NCBI GenBank assembly: GCA_012295275.1
Contig: CM022672.1
Span: 32,116,001 to 32,180,000, forward strand
DNA length: 64,000 nucleotides
DNA from: Chrysomallon squamiferum
Lineage: Eukaryota; Animalia; Mollusca
Reading direction: 5' to 3'
How positions within the stretch are numbered: position 1 is the first letter of the stretch; every line of letters begins with the position of its first letter. The notes under the pieces were generated by a model that had not been told where the DNA came from, ran no database searches, and saw only the letters and a list, made by a program, of their open reading frames with translations. This document shows positions 55,624 through 64,000 of the stretch, one piece after another. The translations under genes and the position numbers were made by a program.

Positions 55624-56644
55624 TAATAATAATAATAATAATAACCTCATACTAAATATAATTTTAACATGTTTCTGTGTACAGGTCAGAGTTCTGTTGC
55701 AGCGCCTCGCACTGCAGTGACCAGGTTTCTATATTTATATCTAGCTATGACCTGTACACGGAAATCTTTCAAACAAACATTTTTATGTAAAGAAATAATT
55801 AACCTAAGATAATTTCTAACAAGGGACTACTTTCTGTTTAAAGCCTGTACTGTTCAATACTGCGATCAGAGATCTAAAAATAAACAAATAAATAAAAGAT
55901 AATGAAAGAAAGAAAGAAAAAAAAAATCAGATAAATATATACCGAATCGATAAAAGATAGAAAGAAGTACATTATGCTTACATTAGTGATTATTATGATG
56001 ACGACAACAACAATAATTGTTATTATAATTATTATTATTATACACAGACATGTCTGGTCACAGTCAGGTAAGGAATATTTCACTGCGGCACAAACGATTT
56101 TCAAATCGCAATGTACATATAGTGATTTATACACCATTTTACTCCTCGAAAAGACAACATAATTAACCGTCAATAACAAATCTAAAAAGAAACACTATAT
56201 AAGAAAAGAGAATAATAAGTAAGAAAAATAAAGGAACAAGATGTGATGTTTTTTTAAATAGAAAACAATACAAAATACCTTTAATTTCAACTTCCTGATC
56301 GACAATTTCTTATAAGCGACTATTTTCTCTCTATCGACTCAACTGTAGATCACAGATATAACCGATCTAAGAATAAATGAAATAAAATAAAACAAAATAA
56401 AATAAAATATATAGCAAAAGACGTTAATAAAAAAATAATAATAATAAGGGCAACAGTAGTAGAAGTAGTAGTAGTAATATCATACTAAAGACTTTAGTAA
56501 AGTCATGTTATACGTAATCTTTCATTTAAGTTTAAAGAAAACTCACACTTAAATAATCTATTTGTTGAAGAACTAACTCTGATATATTTAGTAATAAATT
56601 AAGAACACCGGAATCGTTCAAACATAATAAAATATAAAATATCA

Positions 56645-56780
56645 TACACTTTCAATATGGCCGACTAGTTTCACTTCTGCTTTGTAAACTTTTAGTTATC
56701 AAACCCTCCACTGATAAACACGCGACTGACGTCAAATATCTTAGACGTCACAAAGTGTCACTTTGTTAGGTTTCAGTCTC
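56645..56780 (-). promoter_or_regulatory. Candidate promoter/first non-coding exon of the BTB gene, with CRE and IRF-like motifs
   Basis: TGACGTCA at 56727-56734, AGACGTCA at 56743-56750 and agtttcacttc at ~56667-56677, with local CpG enrichment. The coding exon has an acceptor 7 nt before the ATG (exon starts 55304), so an upstream exon is required. Confidence 0.35.
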
Positions 56781-56886
56781 AGATTAAACTAAACAAATCG
56801 TTTTACGAGATATTTGTATACTCATCTTACATACATCTTCTTTACAACAGATAACTTTAATTCTAATTCAGTAGATTAAGTACTAC

Positions 56887-57086
56887 NNNNNNNNNNNNNN
56901 NNNNNNNNNNNNNNNNNNNNNNNNNNNNNNNNNNNNNNNNNNNNNNNNNNNNNNNNNNNNNNNNNNNNNNNNNNNNNNNNNNNNNNNNNNNNNNNNNNNN
57001 NNNNNNNNNNNNNNNNNNNNNNNNNNNNNNNNNNNNNNNNNNNNNNNNNNNNNNNNNNNNNNNNNNNNNNNNNNNNNNNNNNNNNN
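56887..57086. other. Assembly gap (200 N)
   Basis: Run of N; the round size suggests a scaffolding gap of unknown true length. Confidence 0.99.
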
Positions 57087-57681
57087 TGTATGTTATGATG
57101 CTGGTGTCGCCGTGGCTGGCATTTCTTTCATTTTACGCTGTTGCAGTTCTCATTATTAGTGTTTATTTTTACTGTAACTGTTGACGTCGTTACTGTTGAT
57201 GTTCTTGTTTTCGTTGTGGACTTTTCCTGATTTTGCAATGAATATTATTAGAACTGTCATCATCATGATCACCTTCCTGATTTTTGCTGTTGTCAACGTC
57301 ATTCTTGTTGGTGTTATTGTCCTTATTACTATGATGGAATTTTTTTTTTTGGTATTTTTAATAATAATAATAATAATAAGAAGAAGAAGAAGAAGAAGAA
57401 GAAGAACGTTATATAGTGATTTTCATTTTTATTATTTCCGTCGTCGTCGTCTTTATATATTAATGTCATTCACAGAATCAATATAAGCTTGCTAAAAAAT
57501 CATTATACTTATCAATAACACACAAAGGTCTTCTCCTAATTAATATTATCATCGCTGTCAAAGTTAACTATTCTGGGTGATATTTATTAGCGACAGAAGA
57601 GTGTCGCTATTTCATTGTTGTTGTTCGACCAATTCGGTTTATTTTTGCTGGGCTTAATTCATTATGTTTTATAATAATCGT

Positions 57682-57724
<43 letters not shown>

Positions 57725-57986
57725 GCATAAGAGCTAGCTGATAGGTACTGAGTCATAGGAAGGGATATCAGTTTGTTACACTCTTCTGAAATAACAAATT
57801 TGTTCAGTTTATCTTTAGTTATATATTATTATTAATGATACCCATCTATGTGAAAACACTGATCACGTTAATGATTTCTCACAGTAATGATCACCAATGA
57901 CTTAACAAGGTTGGATACAGATGATATCGATATTGAAGCTTTAATTCTACTGATCTGAGTAAGTGTTTAAATTTCACACGTGTTGT

Positions 57987-58063
57987 GCTATTTTAGGAAC
58001 AGGTCTGCGGGCGACTCGTGTGATTCTTAGGGCGACGTGCTGCCCGCGGTCACCGTGTTGCTG
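57987..58063. mobile_element. GC-rich terminal fragment of a probable hAT element
   Basis: gctattttaggaacaggtctgcgggcgactcgtgtgattcttagggcgacgtgctgcccgcggtcaccgtgttg has repeated gggcgac / gcccgcgg subterminal motifs typical of hAT ends; recognised from memory only. Confidence 0.5.
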
Positions 58064-59522
58064 TTCTAGAATCATTTTATTCATTTGTATTAAAAATTAG
58101 TAGTGTTCTTTTTCTTCTTCTTCTTTCTTCTTTTCCTTTCTTTTTTTTTTTTTTTTTTTTTGCAATTCTAAAAGAAACAAGTGTAAGTGTGCATGTGTGA
58201 GAGTACACACAGATAGACATAGATGTGATCAACAAAAAACAAAATAAATAAATAAATAAATATCTTTCTTTACATATGCACTATGATTTTTAAGTATGTT
58301 AAGTATTTGGTAATTACAAGTTTAAAAAAAATAGTGTGTGAGTGTGTATGTGTGTGTGTGTGTGCGTGTGTTACTTAAACTTATTTGATATTTAACAATA
58401 ATCCTTGCAATACACAAACTCCGGCTAAAGGTTGGAGCGCACACCAGAAAGGTGTTGCAGGTACTAATTACGTGTAATAAACTGTCTGTAATCATCAAAC
58501 AAAAGACAACTGAAGGCACTGGTGTGATAAGTGATAAGAGAAACACAAAACAGTTTTCTTAGCTTTATACTTGCTGTGACTTGTTGTAAGAGTATAAATA
58601 GCATCTATAATAGAAATTGTTTCTATAATACAAGTTATTCTTATTCATTTTTTATTCCGTTCGTGGATGTATAAATTTACTTCTCTTTGGACTATAGATT
58701 AAGCAACACACCATATAAAATTTTAGCGTACAAATTATTATTAAGGTTATTGCGGTAGATTTTACTTTTTAGTCATTTGACCAACTTAAAATATTGTTTT
58801 TCTTCCAGGTTCCAACAAATTTTATGAAATGAACATCGAGATGATATTTAAAAGAAAGAATGTCTTAATTTTTGTTTATTATTATTTATTTATTTTATCT
58901 TAACAGGTTTGTATATTTTGACTGAAATTGTGGAGTCTGTGAAGACAAATATATAGATAACGTGTTTTCAGTTTAATGAGGCGGTTAGTTAATAGCTCAG
59001 TGATTCAGTACTTTTATTATTTTTCGCACTGCTGTTACTTTTTATTTAGAAATATAATAAAAGTAATATTACTATTTTTCCTTGTTCAGTAATCACTTCT
59101 GCTTTTGTTACTGTTTTTATTACTATTGTTCTTGTTATTTATTTATTTATTTATTTACTTGCTTATTTGTGTATTTGTTTATATTTTGTCATCTTTTTAC
59201 TTGGCTTTTGTTTATTAATATGTAAATTTACTTATTTTTAATTTCTTTCTTCCATTTATTTGTTTGTTTATTTGTTTATTTTCTGTTTACTTTTTTATTT
59301 ATTTATTTATTTATTTATTTTATTTATTTATTTATTTCGTATGCTGCTTTGTTTTATTGGGCTGACTTTGTACTTTATCTCTAGTAATAAATGTAAGAGA
59401 ACTAAGTAAACTTTAGTCTTGACAAAGCAGATTAGTATGTGTGTTATCACTAACACGTGTTTCAATAACAAGCTCAACAGAGATTCTGGAAGAGGGGAAA
59501 GAGATAACGGCCGCTTGATTGT

Positions 59523-59643
<121 letters not shown>

Positions 59644-59728
59644 GAACACGCACACATATGTTCTGTAAAGTAAATCCCTTTCAGGATATATGTATGATAA
59701 TAATTACGAACGCAGTAGTTTGACGCGA

Positions 59729-59764
<36 letters not shown>

Positions 59765-60259
59765 ATAATAATAATAATAATAATAATAAACAAAAAAAAC
59801 GTAATCTGCTAGAATATGATTCTAATTTACCTTATATATATATCTATACTGTTTAAACGTTACAGCGATTATTGAGAAATAATAATAATAATAATAATAA
59901 ATCTGGTATAATTTATCATCAGTGAGTCTCTATCTCTCTGTATAAAGTTGACTTTGTACTAAAGTAAATTTGTTTATCTCCAGGGTAGAAAGCTGAGACA
60001 ACGCAGTGAACTTTAGCCTTGACAAAGCAGATTAGTATATCTTGTTTCGCTCACTCGTGTTTTAAGAACAAATTAGTTGTACACAAATTTAATATAAATA
60101 ACAAATATTTCAAACTGTGGTCGTAGAAATTTTCGAATTTAAAATATATAATAGAGTTAATTCAAATACAACAAAATTTTATTAGATTAAAGAAATGACT
60201 TTGGCAATTTTAGACCATGACAAATTTTATCACAGTGAAATTAGAATTTATAGAACATT

Positions 60260-61200
60260 TAGCAGTGGAAGAAGTAACACCAATAGTAGTTATAATAGTA
60301 GTAGTTATTGTAGTCGTAGTAGTAGTAGTAGTAGTAATAGTAGTAGTTATAGTAGTTGTAACAGTGGTAGTAGTAATAGTAGTAGTAATAGTAGTTATAG
60401 TAGTCGTCGTAGTAGTAGTAATAGTAGTAGTTATAGTAGTCGTAGTGGCAGTAGGAATAGTAGTAGTTATAGTAGTCGTAGTGGTAGTAGTAATAGTAGT
60501 AGTTATAGTAGTAGTAGTAGTAGGAATAGTAGTAGTTATAGTAGTCGTAGTAGTAGTAGTTATAGTAGTCGTCGTAGTAGTAGTAATAGTAGTAGTTATA
60601 GTAGTCGTAGTGGCAGTAGGAATAGTAGTAGTTATAGTAGTCGTTATAGTAGTCGTAGTAGTAGTAATAGTAGTAGTTATAGTAGTCGTAGTGGTAGTAG
60701 GAATAGTAGTGGTTATAGTAGTCGTAGTGGTAGTAGTTATAGTAGTCGTAGTTGTAGTAGGAATAGTAGTAGTTATAGTAGTTGTAGTAGTAGTAGTAAT
60801 AGTAGTAGTTCTAGTAGGAAGTAGTAGTTAGTAGTTGTTGTAGTAGTAGTAGTAATAGTAGTTATATTAGTCGTAATAGTAGTAGTAGTAGTAGTTATAG
60901 TAGTAGGAATAGTAGTAGTTATAGTAGTCGTTGTAGTAGTCGTTGTAGTAGTAGTAATAGTAGTAGTTATAGTAGTCGTAATAATGGTAGTAGTAATAGC
61001 AGTAATTAAAGTAGTACGAATGCTAATAGTTGTAGTAGTAGTAGTGGTAGTAGCTGCAGCTGGTGTAATATTGACAACTGTTATAATAATCGTTGTCGTT
61101 GTAGTATTAATCATAGCTTTAATGGTAGCGTTGGCAGCAGAAGTATTATCAACAACTGTAGTAATAGTAGCACTAGTAATGATATTTGTAGTAGTACCTT
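60260..61200. repeat. Degenerate (TAG)n low-complexity tract (related tract at ~62580-63120)
   Basis: Directly visible; it generates the poly-Ser, poly-Val and poly-Thr ORFs. Confidence 0.95.
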
Positions 61201-61228
61201 TTATTTATATTTATTTATTATTATTATT

Positions 61229-61291
<63 letters not shown>

Positions 61292-61650
61292 ATTAAATTG
61301 TATTTCAAATATTTTAAATTGAACCCTGTATTACCTTGACTCCCAACACAGATTAAAGAAGATTTATTTTAAGAAGTATTTTATCTGTGTTAGTCACGCG
61401 GTCAGCGGATTGTTGGAAAGAGAAATATTAAATTGTGTTATCAGGTCTGTACTCTTATTAAACCACTGACACGTGGCTCTGTTGTTAGAAAATTAGTTAT
61501 AACTGGGAGATGTTAATATTAGACATTCAGATTCTTTTTTCTTGTAGTATAAGCCATAGAGAAAGGAAAATTGCCTTTAAAATAAGAAAAAAAAATAAAA
61601 TGATTATTCTTTGTAGTTTAATAACAGAAGGCATTTCTGTGTGTATCTGA

Positions 61651-61885
61651 ATGTCTGTGTGTATGATGTATATGTGTCTGTGTATATATCTGTATGTCTG
61701 TGTGTATGATGTATATGTGTCTGTGTATATATCTGTATGTCTGTGTGTATGATGTATATGTGTCTGTGTATATATCTGTATGTCTGTGTGTATGATGTAT
61801 ATGTGTCTGTGTATATATCTGTATGTCTGTGTGTATGATGTATATGTGTCTGTGTATATATCTGTATGTCTGTGTGTATAATGTA
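61651..61885. repeat. 43-bp minisatellite, ~5.5 copies
   Basis: atgtctgtgtgtatgatgtatatgtgtctgtgtatatatctgt at 61651, 61694, 61737, 61780, 61823 and 61866. Confidence 0.95.
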
Positions 61886-62157
61886 TATGTCTGTGTGTGT
61901 ATCTATGTGTGCGTGTCTTTCTGTGTTTGTCTGTGTGTATCTATGTATGTGTTTGTATATGCATATTCCTGTTTTGTTTGTATGTCTGTGTGTATGTATG
62001 TATGTGTTTGTATATCCATATTCCTGTTTTGTTTGTATGTCTGTGTGTATGAATGTGTGTATGTGTATGTGTCAGCTGTCTGTGTGTATGTTTGTGTGTG
62101 TCTCTAAGTGTATGTGTGTGTGTGACTTTTTGTGTGTATATCTTTATGTGTGTTTTA

Positions 62158-62216
<59 letters not shown>

Positions 62217-63469
62217 GTGTGCATTTTCTTACTCACCATATCTGAATGTTTAATTATTTTGTTTGATATATACATAAACACACGCACGCAAGCACACACG
62301 CGCACAAACACATACGCAAATATATATATATACTTGTGTGTGTGCGTATGCATGTGTGTAGAAAGTGGATTTGTACTGAGTGTAACTGTAGGTAATAAAT
62401 GTAAGATAGCCAAGTAAACTTTACTCTTGACAAAACAGATTAGTTGGTTATGTTATCACTAACACGTGTTTTAGTACTAGGTTAATTATATAGGAGTTGA
62501 ACACATGCAATAATATTGTTAATATTAAACAAAGAAAAATCTGATCATAAAGAAATTTAAATTTACAAGACAATAGTATCAGCAGTAACACTAACAGCAG
62601 TTGTTGTAGTAACAGTTATAGTAGTAGTAGTAGTAGCAGTAGTAGAATCAGTAGTAGTAGTAGAAGCAGTAGTAGTAGTAGAAGCAGTAGTAGTAGTAGA
62701 ATCATTAGTAGTAGTAGTAGTAGAAGTTTTAGCAGCAGCAACATTTCAGCAGTTGGATTAGTATTAACAACTGTAGTATTAGTAGCGCTAGTAACGGTAT
62801 GGTAGTAGTAGTAATTGTAGTAGCAGTAGTAGCTAACAGTAAAAGTACTGACAGTGGTAGTAGTGATAGAATTAGAAGTAGTATTATAAAATATAGTAAC
62901 AGTAGTTAAAGTGGTTGTAATACTACTACTAATAATAATAGTAAAGCTGTAGCAGCAACAGTACTATTAGCACTTTTAGTAATAGTATTTTAGTAGTAAC
63001 AGTAGTAATAATGGTTGTAGTAGTAGCTGTGGTTGCTTGTTCTACTTGTGAAATGAAATACAAGTTAGAACAAACAATGTTGTAGTAGCTGTAGTAATAC
63101 TACAGGCAACAGTGGTTGTAATAACTAAATATATAAATACCATACCCCCACCCGTTATTTAAACAAACCCGGACCTGGATGTTTTACTTCGTGTCAAACA
63201 GAAAAGATTAAATGTGTATTGTTGATTAGTAATCTTTTCTAACTGACGTATGCAATTATCAGTTTACTAAATAAGGCAATGGTTTGAAACTGACATACCT
63301 CACCTGAGTTTATCTCCATCACGAGATGGCCAAAGTTCTCTTAAAGCGGGTATATTAATTCACGTATCTGTGTGTTTGTCTCATACAACTGAAAACTGGT
63401 TTCCACGGCAACACAGTCTGATTGACATCTCCTTAGAAATTATCCAACCTGGTAAGAACTTATGCATTT

Positions 63470-63603
<134 letters not shown>

Positions 63604-64000
63604 GCGAACACTTTGCGAAGACCAATTTTAATTTTCTGGGATATGCGTGTTTTTATATTGTTATTTGTTATTTTTATTTATTGATTTAGTTATAATTATA
63701 ATTATTATTGTTGTTGTTTGTTGTTGTTATTGTTATTATTTTTTGTTGTTGTTATTATTGTTTTCTTCGCTGAGGTTAGCACTTTTAGTCTATTGAATTT
63801 TACCTATTGATAACAAAATCACTGTCACATATATTGGTTATTAATTGCCTTAGGAGCAGATAGAAATGTCTATAAATATTATATCCCTTTCCACATCTAA
63901 AGAAACACTGGTCAGCTTTATTCGTTTTTTCTTCCTTTCTTTCTATATTTATTTATTTTATTTTATTTTATTTTATTTATAGATCTGATTTCAGTGAGTA

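Noticed and set aside
60195-61322. Long Ser-, Val- and Thr-rich ORFs (209, 204, 113, 112 aa)
   Set aside because: They are alternative frames of a degenerate (TAG)n tract, with no splice or domain support.

Overview
AT-rich, microsatellite-dense, intron-containing eukaryotic DNA. It is probably an invertebrate and plausibly a mollusc; this is inferred from MetaSINE-like fragments and a BTB-BACK-PHR paralogue, not proven. Most listed ORFs are microsatellite artefacts. Supported content, left to right: (1) a decayed PIF/Harbinger-related (ISL2EU-like) transposon at ~5.7-9.1 kb, whose DDE transposase lies antisense inside an intron of its own SWIM-YqaJ nuclease gene; (2) two multi-exon loci with good splice signals but no long ORF (minus, ~0.1-4.1 kb; plus, ~9.4-17.7 kb); (3) a head-to-tail triplication of a ~9-10.7 kb unit (18765-28732, 28733-39398, 39399-48388), each copy carrying a spliced lncRNA-like gene with a short acidic ORF, an antisense Gypsy gag remnant with a tRNA-Pro-like PBS, and a CpG-rich ~125-bp element that also occurs inverted at 4644-4766; (4) pogo/Tigger and hAT remnants; (5) a BTBD1/2/3/6-type gene (minus, 53734-55297) broken by at least four frameshifts; (6) a 200-N scaffold gap followed by low-complexity DNA with a thrice-repeated ~60-80-bp motif. 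No tRNA, rRNA or CRISPR array is supportable. All family assignments come from motif recognition by eye, not database searches.
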